A stretch of DNA of 64,000 nt from positions 1-64,000 of the forward strand of contig JYFJ02001686.1 of assembly GCA_000934665.2 (NCBI GenBank), written 5' to 3'. This DNA comes from Catajapyx aquilonaris (taxonomy: Eukaryota). The position numbers and the translations under genes were made by a program. How positions within the stretch are numbered: the stretch's first letter is position 1; every line of letters begins with the position of its first letter. Below the pieces are notes generated by a model. The model worked only from the letters and a program-made list of their open reading frames with translations. It searched no databases and had not been told where the DNA came from. Below, piece by piece: positions 1 to 14,400 of the stretch.

Positions 1-1157
1 AATATGTTTTTTTTTCCCTTAACACCTCCCCATTGATGGTGGCTTTAAAAAATTAAATGCAGGGTGTCGCAACAGGTGCACACTTTCTATTGTAGGCCTA
101 CTTCATTCAGAGATGCCACAACGAAATTGCTGTAGTTCAGTTTGGCTATTTCCACTCCATTCATGTGAGATACGAATTGTTAATCAATGTTATGTGAATA
201 TATCCTGCCCGTCTAGCAGGGGTAGTTGTAGGGATGGCATAACCTGCAGGATGACCTCTATCGGAATTCATTAGGGCCATTTCGCGAAAGATTTTTTAAA
301 TGTTTTTTTTTTTTGCTGTAATTGTTCAAGATGACTGTTAACGTTTATGGACAAGCGGAACTTACCTTGCAGGTGATTCTATCGATGTTAATGATGCTAA
401 AAGGCAAATAAAATATTTTGACTTTATCTGCAGAATCGAATAATTATGGATGAGGAGATAGGAACTAGCTACTGATTCAATTGATATTATTTTTAATACG
501 AATGCAAGTCATTTTAATATAGTACATGTCTCATAGTATGTGCCGTTGAGTATAGGAATGGACTTCAAGATGGTATGAGAAAGTTTCTCCACGTTGATGA
601 TATACTGCACGTTGAAGTCAGTGAGTGATGCTGCTTCCACTCAACCAGAAGCTGCCTTACGGCGATGGATCCTCACACCTGCAAGACAAGAGGTACATTT
701 TAATAGTAATGAGCGTCAGTAAGTCCTTCACAGTAATTGAAAATGTAAGCCTGCAAAAACTAAATCTCCCTCTCGTCTTACCCCCTTTTCTCCCTCCCTT
801 CCACGTTTTTTTCTCCCCATCCGGATAAGTCTCCCACCCTTCTCTTGATCCGGCAGGGTCCTCTTGTGTACCACTCTCTGAGACTGGAATGACAATCCGA
901 CCCTGCTCCTTGTTTGGAACAGCAGCCCCGGACGAGGGCGCCAGAGCCATTATCAGCACAGCCAGCTTCCCCGAGCCTTCACACCACGACTCACAAAGAG
1001 AAAGAAGCGCCCAAAATGCAATTGGCCCAATCCCCAAAGGTGGAGCCAAGATTAGGCATAATCCGACTATCTCCCACCCACCTTGATTGGACAGAACCAG
1101 ATTAAAATAGTCGTTGCTCCAAATTACAAATGGCCGCCGCAACATAGCGCCACCTAC

Positions 1158-1298
1158 CGAGAGCGTCATATAACTATACATGTCGAGAGCGTTATGCTTC
1201 GTCATGTCGAGAGCGTCATCGCTCGTCATTTCGAGGGTGTCATTGCTCGTCATTTCGAGAGCGTCATCCCTCGTTATGTCGAGAGCGTCATGTCCTCA
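1158..1298 (+). repeat. 24-bp minisatellite, ~5-6 degenerate copies
   Basis: Unit approximately GTCGAGAGCGTCATCGCTCGTCAT. Confidence 0.8.
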
Positions 1299-2976
1299 TG
1301 GCTAGATGAACACTGACATCTTAGTTCTTGGGTGTTCCCAGCAGGTTCTGACCCATAATTCTTTCGCCAATGTAATCGCTCCACCATCTACATACCAAAT
1401 GAGCCACTTCCTCCTTGGCCATATCATACTCGCCGTACCTATACATCATGTCAAAACTGTAGAGACCCCCCTTTGCCGCAAGAGATGGCCATACTCCTGG
1501 GAGGTACAAGCTACCGTAACGATGACACGCGTTTCAAACATCGAGTACGTGGTTAGAACCATAATGAAAATGGCAGCTCGTGTCGGTTCTAATCTCTCGA
1601 AACAGGCCCGCCCCCCTTGTGATTAAGCTAATGCCCATCCGAGTTCCAGCATTTTTCCTCATTGGAGCATTTCAATTACCAGCAAGGGTCTCTCTCTTTT
1701 TTTTTCGGAAGGGGGGGTATTTCGGAGGGAGGGCATTTCAATCGGCGGGTTCATCAAGCGCGTACCGGATTACTGCGGGAAGTTTCGCTTTGCGGCTAGA
1801 GGATTAGGGGGGTTGCTTATACGTACGTTGCAGATTGGCCAGTCGGAGGGGGACGTTGTACCACTTCCCCATATTCCCCCCCCCCTTTTTTTTACGTCCA
1901 AAGCAGATTACACCCTGTACTGAAAATCAGTGCTAAGCATGCGCCATTTTAGGGCTCACAATCTGAGCAACGCGAATCGATAGGTACTAGCTTGCTTGGT
2001 GCTTCACTCTAGCGCACCCTTGCCTAACTCTGACACATGTGCACCCAGTATCCTCCATCAGCATCTGCTAGGTCAAAAACCATTGATTGCCCACCGGCCA
2101 CATTGGCTAATGACGTTTATTGCCCCACCCCGGGCGGATCATTGTGAACCTTGTTGGCGCCACAATTTATTTAGGCTATTGGCCATTGTAGGGGGGGTAG
2201 GGAGAGGGAGGCTACCCCCCCCCCCCCCCCCCCCCCCNCTCCCAGCCCCCTAACATAATGGTCAAGCATCTGTCTGTAATCGGGCTCCCGGCAAATTAGG
2301 GGTGACACTTGATGGGGGTCTCCAAATATGTGTACAGGGTGTGGCAAAAACGGCCATCTTTAAGAGCTGGCGGAGAAAAAGGCGGGAACCATTTTGCAAG
2401 GGCGTCGGTGTCATGTGACCTACGCTACCTGATTGGCCACAGCTTATTGATCTTCAGGAAGTGTCATGAGAATGGCCGCCCAATGAATGAGTTCAGTCCT
2501 TTCCATGTATGTGACAGTATGTGACAAAAAGAATGGAGAGACGAAAGAAAGAAAGAAAGAAAAACTCTCACTTGTATGTTGTGACGTGACCTCTGTCGTC
2601 AGGGGAGATCCGCCTGGGCAAGTGTCCAGTCGAGTAGGACATCCTGCAAAGAGAACAAACACAGCCCACTTATAAGCATATGTCAACACGAACCGGCAGC
2701 AGACGCACACACACTTCACTCAATGTGCGATGAAATCTTTTACTTCGTGCCCAGCATTGCGTAACGGATGGATACAAAATGGCGGCGGATCCAAGCATAT
2801 TATAATAGTTAGGACCGGTTCATTGGCTGGCCGCGCCTGCATCATTTAATTCCAGCTAGTGTGGAAAGTCAATAATTAGTGGAGTGCTGCTGCGGAATAC
2901 TTGCTTCAATCAACTCGAGCACAGAATAAACTTTGGGGAATTACAATGCGCGGTCAAATGCAATCGGGAAGAGGGC

Positions 2977-3027
2977 GGGGGGCGATGATGGGGGGGCGAT
3001 GATGGGGGGGCGATGATGGGGGGGCGA
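2977..3027 (+). repeat. 14-bp tandem repeat (GGGGGGGCGATGAT) x ~3.5
   Basis: Directly visible: four G-runs separated by CGATGAT. Confidence 0.85.
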
Positions 3028-6002
3028 ACTGGAGATTCCATTTGCCAGCCCCCCCCCCCCTTTTCCTTCATGCAAATTAACTATTCATCACGATGAAAAA
3101 TTCACTTTAATTAACTGCCGGAACTTTGAAGCCCCTATTTCCCTCGTATCTAGTTACCTAAAAATCGTGTAGATATGCTTAAAATTTATATAAGTGTATA
3201 TAAAAAAAAATTGAGTGCGACGAATCGTATCGGAAACGACCAACGTCCGTGTGGGCACATCCTGAACTCATTTCCTACATGTATGGTACCCACCCCTTTT
3301 CCATATACTTCATCTCATTTCACGGACCAGTACTCAACATCAGCATAGAATACGTCGCACCATTTCCCTCACTCATATTTCTCCTAATGATATTAATTAT
3401 GCAGACATTGCAAGCCGTATATATAATTACCTACAAACTTCCGGTTCATATATATATACACACACTTTTTTGCATGTGGCGCCTCTCTAGCGGGACCTGT
3501 CCAACATATCAGAACGTGATCCTCGTTCGCCCCTCCAATCATGTCAGTCCAGGCTTTATTTAGCACAATAATGGCCGATTAATATACGGCCCGTTTGAGC
3601 CGATGAGATGTCAGCGGCTGTCACCACGCTCCTGCCATATACGTTAGGCTTACAAATCCTTCTGGGCGGCTTGTCAATGCCCGTCAATCATTTCCTCGCC
3701 AATGTTCATTTTGGATGCCAGATAACAGCACTTTACAGACGGATCCCGCCCTACCAACTTGTTAATCCCTCGACTTTTAATTACCCGGCACAATCGACAT
3801 GTATGAAACTGGCACACTTCTGCATTGTTGCTAGTATCACAGCGGTGCATACACTCGACCGTACGCACGGTGGCTATCTCCAAATTTCACCTGGTGGGCA
3901 CCTGCGACCTTGACGTGATTGATGTCAAGGTGAGGGTGACCTGCCCTCTCATTACATTGAAGATGGGTGTGCTAACCGGGCTTTTATATTCGCACGTGTC
4001 ATCCGCACCGAGCAAGGATTTTGCGGAATTTCCGTCACGGAAACGCGCGTGTTTCCCTCAGCAACCATGCAATTACAATGTTGATACCACCAGTTTTTTT
4101 TTTTTTTACTAACCAAACACCAACAAAAGGGTAGCAATTACTCACCAGATGGTCAAGAAATTTCGGATCGCATTAGCGGCATTATCCGACATGACACGCG
4201 TCTACATCTTTAATGGGACAGTCAACCAAGGGTTGTCGAAGGTAATGTGCGATATGATGGATAGTCTGGGTCAGCCCCACCCTTTTGGCCCGTGGGCGGC
4301 CCACATTCATCACCCCGGGGCGGACACCTGGGCGCTACCAACTTCCGCCCAATGGCCACCCCCATGAAGACATCGGTTTCCCACACAGGAATACCCCACA
4401 TTCCGAAACGTCAAGCATGTCAGACCGCTGTCATTCCAACCCAAAACCTCAAAACTATTTACCTTCTCAGGACACTACTCAGGTTAATTAGTATGGCCCA
4501 CCTGTCTTATTTCACCATTAAAAAAAAAGGTGCGTGTGACCTTCGTTTGTATATACCTGCACCCAATAATCCGACACCTAACTACATTTTATTTGCTAAC
4601 TTTCGCCCAAATTGACCTCCAGAACATCAGCAGGTGCATCTATCTAAAGATAGACAGATATCTATCAAACCCACTTTTTTTCCCCTTGTTAATAACACGT
4701 AACATCATAACGCACCTGCACCTCCTCAATGTGTATGTAAAAGGTATTACATTTCGACTTATTAATATTTAATACATATCACCTGTCATTACATAGCATA
4801 TGTGGGTAAAAAATTAATGTGGGCAGATACGGCTTTTTTATTGCTGATTAATGTGGAGCTGATGCACCAAATTGTCACCAGTGCAGCCGGACATGTATGC
4901 GTCATGTGCAAGTACAGCAGTGTTGCAATCCACTATCGATAGCTATGGCAACATTGGTATAAAAAAAGTATGGGGAGGTGGAGGGGGGGGGGGGNGGGGG
5001 GATTTTTTTTCTTCCCTTTTTCCCCCCCATCCCATTCCACTCTTGTAGGCAAGTCCCATCATTAATTTTCCGATTCGCCGTGCCGATCGCTTCCTTTCCT
5101 GTCACCCTTCCTTGTCACCGGTTCGTCATCGATCATGCCTGTCACCGCCCGCACCAAAAATAATGCCCAGTAATTAGGGCGGTACTATCACCGACAAACC
5201 GTTCGGTACACCCCCCGAAAAATTTATTCACGGTCCGAACTAGAACATGAACTTTGAATGTGTCCGATTTGTTTAGCTATGGATCACTCTAACTCTCACG
5301 ATATATTTGGATCGTATTCACGACAATTTATACACTGCAGATACGGCTTTTTTGCTTTCACACCGTACGGCCCGAATTTTTGGGTACCTTCTTAGGCGGA
5401 CAGAAGCACTTTAATTTTACGGTCATGAAAATCGTGACGGTCATTCCTACTTGGCAACTAGTTTTTTTTAATGTGGACCTGCACGCGCGAGAATTTACCT
5501 CCCATTTGTTATCCTGCCTACTGTACCACCCTGCCTATTCTATTAGCCAAATCATGCTCCGCGAAATAGTCAGTGCCCTAATGACCGCACCTGTTCCGAA
5601 TCCTGCCAAATATGTGGATACCCCCCATAATAAATTCCGGGGATCCTAGGTTGTTGGCCCGGAAACAATAAAAGTGTCGGTTCCGATATTAACGACTCGA
5701 AAAAAGACGGCATTTGGCCAAGATTGGCAGTGTGAACCCGCCTCGTCAGCGTCGGTAACAAACGGACATGGGGACAACTTCATGGGTGCCCAATTAACCA
5801 AAAGGAGGGGGCCACGTGCCAGGGGCCATGTTGGCCAGCCCCCAGGATTTTTACTGCAGTTTTACCGTTAACTGCATTGGTCACAGCCAAGCCCCGTAAT
5901 TGGACATCCGGTCGCTTTCACTTCTACTATTGCACTGTTGTAGCGATAGGCGGTAGCGCCCTGGTAACGCTACTGACTGAGCCATCCGATGGTTGTTACA
6001 AC

Positions 6003-6084
6003 CGGCATCGTGCGTCAATGTTCGTAAATCGGGCATCGCGCGTCAATGTTCCTAAATCGGGCATCGCGCGCCAATGTTCGTCAA
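6003..6084 (+). repeat. 28-bp tandem repeat x ~3
   Basis: GCATCGCGCGTCAATGTTCGTAAATCGG-like units at 6005, 6033 and 6061. Confidence 0.85.
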
Positions 6085-7805
6085 CCATCATCTCCATTTG
6101 ACCACCGACTCCCTATTTTGAGCTACCGGACGATGACCTGCCCTTAAGCTTGATCCGATTTGATGTAAGCCCTACCTGAGGGTAAATTGCACCCTGGGTG
6201 AAGCCTCTTTTCGCGAGAGGGTTTCTAGACACACCATATTTCTTGGCGGGCCTGCTGGGAAAGTGACAGGCAACAGGGTTCTTGGCTAGCGGACGACACT
6301 TGCCAAGGGAGCGCAGGTGCTGGGCGGACATAAATTTAGGGGGGGGACCCCCGGTCACAGCGGGAGGTCACCTGACCTCACCTTGGCCCTTTCTAGCTTT
6401 AGGCTATACCAGCCTATCTCATTGTACGATTTGTGAGTCAACATCCTAATTAAGCAGTATTTTTTCGCATAGCCCACCCTAATTGCCTAGGGGTCTACAC
6501 CATTCGAATCTCTCCCCCCTCTAGTAGCAACCGCTACACACACATTGCTTAGGGGCAATACTCTCCCTTCCCCTTCCCATGTTGCTGGCACCCACAACCT
6601 GGCCGACATGGTCGCATTCAAAAAACCGCAGCAAAGTGGGAGCTCGGAGGCCCCGGGGGCTGTTGGAGATACTATTTTTGGGGTTTTCATTTTTTACGTT
6701 TCTTGCACGAGCAGCCGCTGTGACGTTGTTGCGAAATATTATGCGGCTTAGGGCGGATGAACTCTGTCCACTACCGTGTGGTCAAATATATCCGGCTACC
6801 CTGCCACTTTTACTCCTACCCCAGCCTTATGGAATACCCCGTGCTGGTGGGGGCCACAAGTTGGTGGCGCCACCAGCTTGTGACGCCACCAACTCCATAA
6901 GAAGTTTCAATGACAATATAGTACTAAGAATTAATAGTGCGACGCTGGTACCATAAATATGTCGGGGCATTGTATAGGTATATTTTGGACAACATATGGC
7001 TCAAAGGCAATAGTTGCGTGTTGTATCTCAATTTCAGGGCGTAAATCTTGAATGGTTGTGTATTAGGGGGGGTTATTCCCTTTATTACACTAATCTGGAT
7101 GATCTGCGCGACATCCGTAGTGCAGAATTCATGTCTGGGGCTGTTGGCAAACAATAGGTTATGAGCATGGGTGTGTACGCAGGTGTGATGTTTTTTGATA
7201 CTTTCACGGAAAAGAAGGCGGTAAAGTGTACGGTACGAAGGCCAACCGACCACGCCTCCATAACCTTCATTATGCAAGCATTCCCTCCTTTTAAAAAATT
7301 TATGAAAAAAAAATAAAGCACACCAAATTTCTCAAAATTTAATCCAACCGAGTTTCACACATACTGATCCTTTTTACCAGCCCAGTACATGAGAATGTCC
7401 ATTCACCAAACTTCGAAGCTGGTCAATTTCACAAATGGGTATGTACCATCTCCAAGTCGGTACATTTTCCCGTCCCATCCGGCTATTGAAGTCAGTGATT
7501 CAGAGTGACCGAGTTCTTACCCATAGGATCATTACTGATGTTAGGGGGAGACACCATCGCGTGGGATTTCCGCTCAATTTCAATAATCCATCTGGCGAAG
7601 CGTCGTCCCCGTGAAAAATGCCCTGCCAAATCACTGCGCGTGCAAAAGAGGGGGATGGAGGGAGGGAATAGAGGGGGTAAAAAGTCCCCCCTCTTTTCAA
7701 TTGTGTCCCCAACTCAATCGATCGGAAAGGCGCTTTTTTGGGGGGGAGCTAACTAATTTTCCACTAATATTTCAGTCCATGAATTTCGCATATTAGCTTT
7801 TACTA

Positions 7806-7889
7806 CAGGGTGTACCAACTCTTCTATCAATTTATTGCCACCATGTGTCTCATGAATATCTGGAGCATCCAAAATTCATGGGGACACTG
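7806..7889. mobile_element. Tiny degenerate Tc1/mariner-like MITE remnant
   Basis: TA-CAGGGTGTACCA ... TGGGGACACTG-TA imperfect inverted termini. Confidence 0.3.
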
Positions 7890-8366
7890 TAGGGTCGCAG
7901 TTACACGACTATAAACACAAATGATCGGAGGAAGTGCCGAGGGTTCGCGGAAATGCCTGTAACAAATTTATTCGGGAGACGTTACCGCCCCGGACAGACG
8001 TAATTGCTCCAAATGCATTAGAGGGGGACAAAGGTTTCTCCCCTAGTGTCTTACGCCCTCTAATGGCTGATAAGGGCGTTAGTGTCCCCCCAAAATTTCA
8101 GAAAAGGCGTAAAAGAATGGACTACTTGCGGCAGGAAGGATGGGGTCAATAATATTCCGTAAACTCAAAGCATGGGGCCTCTAATGTGTCCATATTACGA
8201 GGTAGCCACGCAAAGTTTCATGACTACCCCTCGCCTCTAATGGCCAGCGTGATAAATGCGATAAGGTAATGAGAGGTATCTGCATATCAATTCTAAAAAG
8301 CTATCCCGCATAGTGCGCTTCACGGATAATAAATGACCTGTTCATCAGTGTCACCGCGTTACCGAA

Positions 8367-8472
8367 AATCAATCAGCTTACAACCCAACACCCTAGATGC
8401 CGCTACCTGCAGGGGCATAATCAATCAGGTTACAACCCAACACCCTAGATGTCGCTACATGCAGGGGCATAA
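8367..8472 (+). repeat. 52-bp tandem duplication
   Basis: AATCAATCAG.TTACAACCCAACACCCTAGATG.CGCTAC.TGCAGGGGCAT at 8367 and 8419, differing by 3 substitutions. Confidence 0.9.
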
Positions 8473-11400
8473 CCTTTAGCTTTAAATGGAGGTTAATACT
8501 GACCCAATCGATCATAAATTGAGCGGACATATTGTTCCCATGTGGAAGGGGAAGGTCTCTAGAGATGACCTCACGGTCGACTGGTGCCCCGATTAACCCC
8601 CCCTTCAGCATCCCATGGAAGATTCAATTTCACCTCTGGGGAAAGTACACCCCTCAAATAATCGAGTTTTACAGGGGCAACGCCGAATGATTGGAGCAGA
8701 GGGTGGATGCAACAATATGCCACTTGTCACCACACGAGGCAAAAAGTAAATCCTAATAATTGAAAGGCTGTTCCCTGAAGGGACTTAACCCCCTCAAAAT
8801 GTACCTCCCTCCGAATTAAATTTACACAGAGTTGCGCCCAAGAACAAAGAGGGGGGGCGGGGGGCGGGGGGGGGGGTGACCTATCCCTAGGGGTGCTCAT
8901 AATGTGGATTCAGAGGGAGTTTGTATGAGGGCTAAGGTCAATATTTGGTCATTTGCCACATCCCTACTAACACCTGTTTCGACACTCTACTGCCTCTCAA
9001 GACTGATGGCGATGCATAAATTTGTGACATATGATGATCAGTATTGTTCAGAACAATACCGAAAAGGGCAAACACATATTGTTCCAAGATTGACGTTAGA
9101 ATCGCCATACATGACACATACATACAATGATACATATATAAAAAAATAAGTAGGTACCAGCTCATGTCTAACAAGGTGGGGGTATATCCCCTCTGCAGCG
9201 GAACATCTTCCAGCGGAACTTCTTCTGAAATCTCGTGACCCATTCCGGAGGTCGTTTGGCGGCCTTTTATGCCTTCCCCTCCCCAAGCTCAGCAAATCCG
9301 AGTCGAGCTGTCTCCGTCTCTCGGAAAAGAGCCCAAACTCCCGCATTCTGGATAATTGTGACCTAATGTTCCGCTCGCAGACAAGAAAAGTGATGGAGGA
9401 TGGGGGGGACAAAAACCCAGAGTATTTTGGATGACGAGTCAGAATGACTATCTCCTTTTTTTTTTAGGGAAAAAATAGGAATGTCGATAATGGTGCTGCA
9501 GGGGGTATAACCCGGGCCAATTCAGGTCGTTATGTGATTATCGAAAAACCGTCCATAATTGACGTAACCCCCACCATTATTCTAATATTTGCATGTCGAA
9601 TTTCAGAGTTGGCGCCTTTTGTTTGAAGGTACATTCATATTATTGGATTTAATTTTGATGGCTGTTGGTGTTAAAACCAGTCCTGAGTTCGTCGAAAATA
9701 AGCGTCCGTCAAAAATGGTGCACAGCAGCAACATCCGTAAACAATTTGTTTACGGATGGCGCTACTGCTCGCAAACTTTTTCTACAAGAGTTTCGATATA
9801 CTGGTGACATCCAGGGCCAAAAGGTTGATTAGGTAGAAAACGGCAGCAGCCGAGTGTGTCGCGCGACCCTCAGGGTTTACGACCCTTCATTGTCACCGCA
9901 ATAATGAGTTGGGGTCATTTCGTGTCGGTGAGAGAGCGAAAAAAAAAAATCCCGTTTCCTCTAATTGGATCTGAGGATGTTAACAATGGTGAAGGAATAT
10001 ATCGCAACTATTTGCATAAAGACGCGGTAGAAAGAATAGTTTTCTTTCTCTTTTTTTCACGCATGGTGTGTCCACCACAAAGGTCCGAAACTGTGTCAAC
10101 AACCCGTGTCCTACGTGGCATTTACCTTCTGGAGATGTACTTTTTGCCACCGTGCAACAACACTTCACCTGCGAAAATTGGCCATTAATCTTAAACCCCC
10201 AGCTCCTGCTATTACCCCACTAACTTCGAACCATATGGTTACGACGTCATACCCCCCCCCCCCCTCCAAAAAATTCCAAACATTTTTTCGCCTCCCAAGC
10301 CGGGTCCGGATGGGAGTGGTAAACCTTAGACGGGGCATCTCTCTTCCACCTGATTTATAATTCGTATACACCTCCCTACAAATTACGAGCATTACACCAC
10401 ACATTATTCTTGCTGTTCCCATGTAAGTTGGTAGCCGCGATGCAAAAATTTTGGAATTTTAATTGAAGCAAAACCCGGAAGAAAGCGTGACAAGTGTCCT
10501 ATTGGCATTACCCCACTAGGGTCTCGTACCCTAAAACATTCAACGATGGTATCTCCCAGTCGGATCAGGATGACATGCGGCGATTATCGACTGACCGCAC
10601 ACGCACCACTTTTCGTGACCATTTCTCAAGCCCTGCTAAAACACACACATACTGATAACGTGATTATTAAATCGACCGTCTATATATGCAGGACGTTGCT
10701 TTGGAGGGGGTTTTTAGTACGCAGCATAGTGTACGTCTCTATCTCAACTACCATAATTTCTAAGCTTAGCATGTGTCCTAACAGTAGCTAGAACCCATGC
10801 TGAGCCATACCTGCGCTCGACCCATTTAAATTGCTTATTAAACCCACACACACACACATACGGGTGGTCTGTGGTTTACTATACTGTAGAATCGATGCAG
10901 ATCAATCAGTACCTGGTGCTACGTTAAGACAGTGACGGCTGGTAAAAAAAATTAGGACCCTGTGAGTGGTGACGGGAGCGGCTAGACTGGGGCTCCTGCA
11001 GCTGCCGCCAAAGACACAGGTGATAAATTAATTTCCGCTGCTACAATTTGTCATGGGGGCCCGACACCCGGGGAATTAACCTGGGCTGCCGCTCACCAGG
11101 GTGCCTCAAAATGAGTGAGGTACATTCCCCAAAAATATATATCCAATCCTATACCAACTGAAAATTGAAAAACGTGTCAACACTGTGATACTATCAGGCG
11201 CTATAAATATATAAATTAAAACCAGCCGCACCCTAATCGTGCCTAGTTCGGCCCCCCCTTTAAAATTCATTATGGTGTCCATATCGGCCATCCTCTGAAA
11301 TATATTCGGCATATTTTTATAACCCTGTTCGCTAAAAGTACATATGTGAAAAAATAGGGTGTGGTGCATGGCAGCAACGCACCATCGATCATTTGGGCCG

Positions 11401-14400
11401 CCCACCCGGTAGCTACTGCCAATTAGTTGCAACCCCAGCCAAGCGAAACGCCGTACATTTTAATAGCCTACACGTACTTTTGGACCACGCATTTTGTCCT
11501 TCTAAATGTAAGGATAATCTCGACTCATCACCAGTTTCCCCGCTGGCTCAGATTAACCAAGGTTTAATTTCAGAGGGATGTCCTCCATTCGCCGCCTTCT
11601 AATTAAGCTTCTTGATTGCTGTGGGAATATCGTCGGCTGCAGGTGACAGATGCGGATGGTGGTCGGAGCTAGGAAAAAGTCACTAATAAATCATGACGTA
11701 AGGAGGGTGTAGCCCTGTAAGTTTAGCTACTAGCCAGTATGCGTGTATCCCACAAGGCTGCCATTCTAACATGACCAATCCATTCTAGCCGGGCTAGGAG
11801 CTGCGGGAAAAACAACGCACCTCATCCGCTGACAAGTGTTGCCGAATTACTCTAATTGCGGTCATGTTTTTCAGTAAATTAGTGCATGGTGTGGATTAGA
11901 AGGTGGTCTGATATGCCAGATTGCGATTGGTATAAGTTGGTGCATATACAGTGGTTTAAAACTGATTTTTGGCGCTTATAACTAGTTATGAAAAGTGATA
12001 AGTGTGTTAATTTTGCGCAATCGGTGTTCAGTATTGGACATCGATATGTGCAGGTAGGGTGGGGCTGGTTCCTTCAGGTGCGGGGGTGTTGTAGGGGGCA
12101 AACGTGCGTGTCTAACAGAGGGAAAGTGCTTGTTCTCACGCCGGCTTAAAACGTGGAGGCGGATCCGTGGTTGATCACTGCTACCGACTACCAGCCTCCC
12201 TACCGATTGACCACCCTTGACCTCAATGAGAAATAAGACAATATTTGCTGTACAAACAACTCCTACCTTTTCCCCCACTATGTCCTGCTGGTAAAAGGCG
12301 ACACCCTCTACTGCCCCCCTCGAATGGCAGTTATTTATAAGCCGCAGTTGCCATGTAAGATGCTGGTTGTCATCTGACAACCCTGGGCCAAGCCACCTGG
12401 ATGGCCTCCTTGGTTCCTTCAACCCCTTTCGACCTCTTAGACCCCCCTCTAGCTAGGCCCCCTGCTATTGCCCCTGGATGGGCACTTCGCCTATAAAACG
12501 CGCAGTTTGACACATCAATCCGCGGCAACTGTAAACCAATAGCCCCTACGGCACTTGACGAGTCCGTCATCAAACTCTTGAAAGTGGTTGGTAGAAAAGG
12601 AAAAAAAAAATATGGCTGCGACCCCAATTGCTTTCCTGGGGTAAATTCTCCACGGGGTTGGGGAAAACTTGGGGAAAAACGGTCAGGACTAAAGTTTTGT
12701 GCTGTTTCATGCTATGGCACGGAAAAAGTTGCTTCTCATGACCTGGGAGTAAACATCAGCCAGAATTGTACAAACAATGTGGCCTGAATTAATGAATACA
12801 GCTCATTAGCAAATTGTTAACAATACTATTTTTTTATAATGTATGTTTGTTACGTAGGCGCCCATAATAAATAACAACAGTAATAAGCATTGTGCACTAC
12901 ACAGTGTAGCATTGTACACTATATCCTACAGTAGCATACACCCTCACTAAAAAAACACCTCTAAAATGTCACTAAGTTCTAATTAGCCCTAATGATTTCC
13001 TTCAGGCAACTAATACACCCGATATTGTATCACACCCCATAAGATTTTTTATGGTGCAGTTGTAGCCCTCCATCAGGTGTAAGGAAAATCGGCGAGAAAG
13101 ACGGGAGATGGATTTACTAGCCACAGAAACGTCAGTTGGTCGTAAAAGGCACCTCATAAAAAGACGGGTGCTTGTAGTGTGGGTGGGTTTGCCAAGAAAA
13201 GGCCCACCCACAGGTACACCTTTTTTCTTCAGAAAGTGCTGCAAGACATGTGTACACACGCATTAAAGGTTAGGGACTATTGCATTTTTACAATCCACTT
13301 CCCCAATTCTCCATCCTCATCGATTTCTTTTTTGGTTCTATTGTGCCTATATTGAATGCCAAGGAGACAAGGGCGTAACCAGCTACCCAAATTAATTTAC
13401 ACTACATTCAATTCGGTCGCCATGTTTTGTCGCCAGAGCCATCTAGTTGTAAATAACGTGACCGAAAAAAAAAAGTAAACAACAAACGAGCAGGTGCACG
13501 GTGTGAACATATGAGCATAAAACGCACTTGTTGCGAGGGCCTTTGTGACTGCGACCTATTTTTTTGGTCGTAAACAAGACCTGGGGTATTGATTGCTAAC
13601 AACCAGCCACATCATCACACCTGTACCTATCTTCCGGTGCCTGACATTTCCGGCCCTCATTTCACAAAAATAAATAAAAGTTAATGAATAAATTTTAAAA
13701 TTTTGGTAGAGCCGGAAAATATTTTTCGAGCCGGAAATATGAATTATAGTGTTTACATAATATATAAACATAAGGTGGAGCACCTGCACAATTTAGCCTT
13801 CTGAACACACCCTCTTTTTTGTTATTTTGTCGTCAAGTATCGCCTCCCAAATAGCCATGTAATAAAGAGGGAATCGCTTTGTTGGATGGCTCCAATAATA
13901 TTTCTATAGTCATTTGGAACCCACACCACCGTATTATGTCGCTTCCGATTATTTATGTGCGCGTGCGACAGTTTCTACTATTTGATTCCCCACAAATTTT
14001 GTTTCGAGGTGTCGAACTCCATAATAGGTTAGCACCACGCCATACCTCAGGGAAATAATCCAAAACCTAGTGATCAATTTTCATTTGCTGCTTAATATCG
14101 ATTCCACTCAACTAAAATGACAAATCAGGTGACGAGTGAGTATAATTGCGTAAAGAAAATTGAACGGAAGGATTTACGTGCCCCGATGGGAATAACAAAA
14201 ATTCTGTCCGCTATCTTTCTCATACATATAGGGGTGGGGGCAGGCACGCGAGCGCCACCTTACGTGGAAGAGCGTCACCCCGGTCCTTACATGATGGATG
14301 AGCTCTGACCATGCCAAGGAATTAAAATTTCACAAGACGCAGAGTCAGCAGGAAAAACAATGCCTGCTTGTGAAATATTAATGCCAACCAGGCGAACTTA

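Noticed and set aside
657..1253. 198-aa minus-strand ORF with hydrophobic stretches
   Set aside because: The N-terminus derives from the 24-bp minisatellite, and no domain or exon structure is recognisable. It cannot be supported without a homology search.
8054..8080. CTGATAAGGGC, identical to the 3' half of miR-184
   Set aside because: The seed and 5' half do not match, and the local hairpin is too short for a pre-miRNA.
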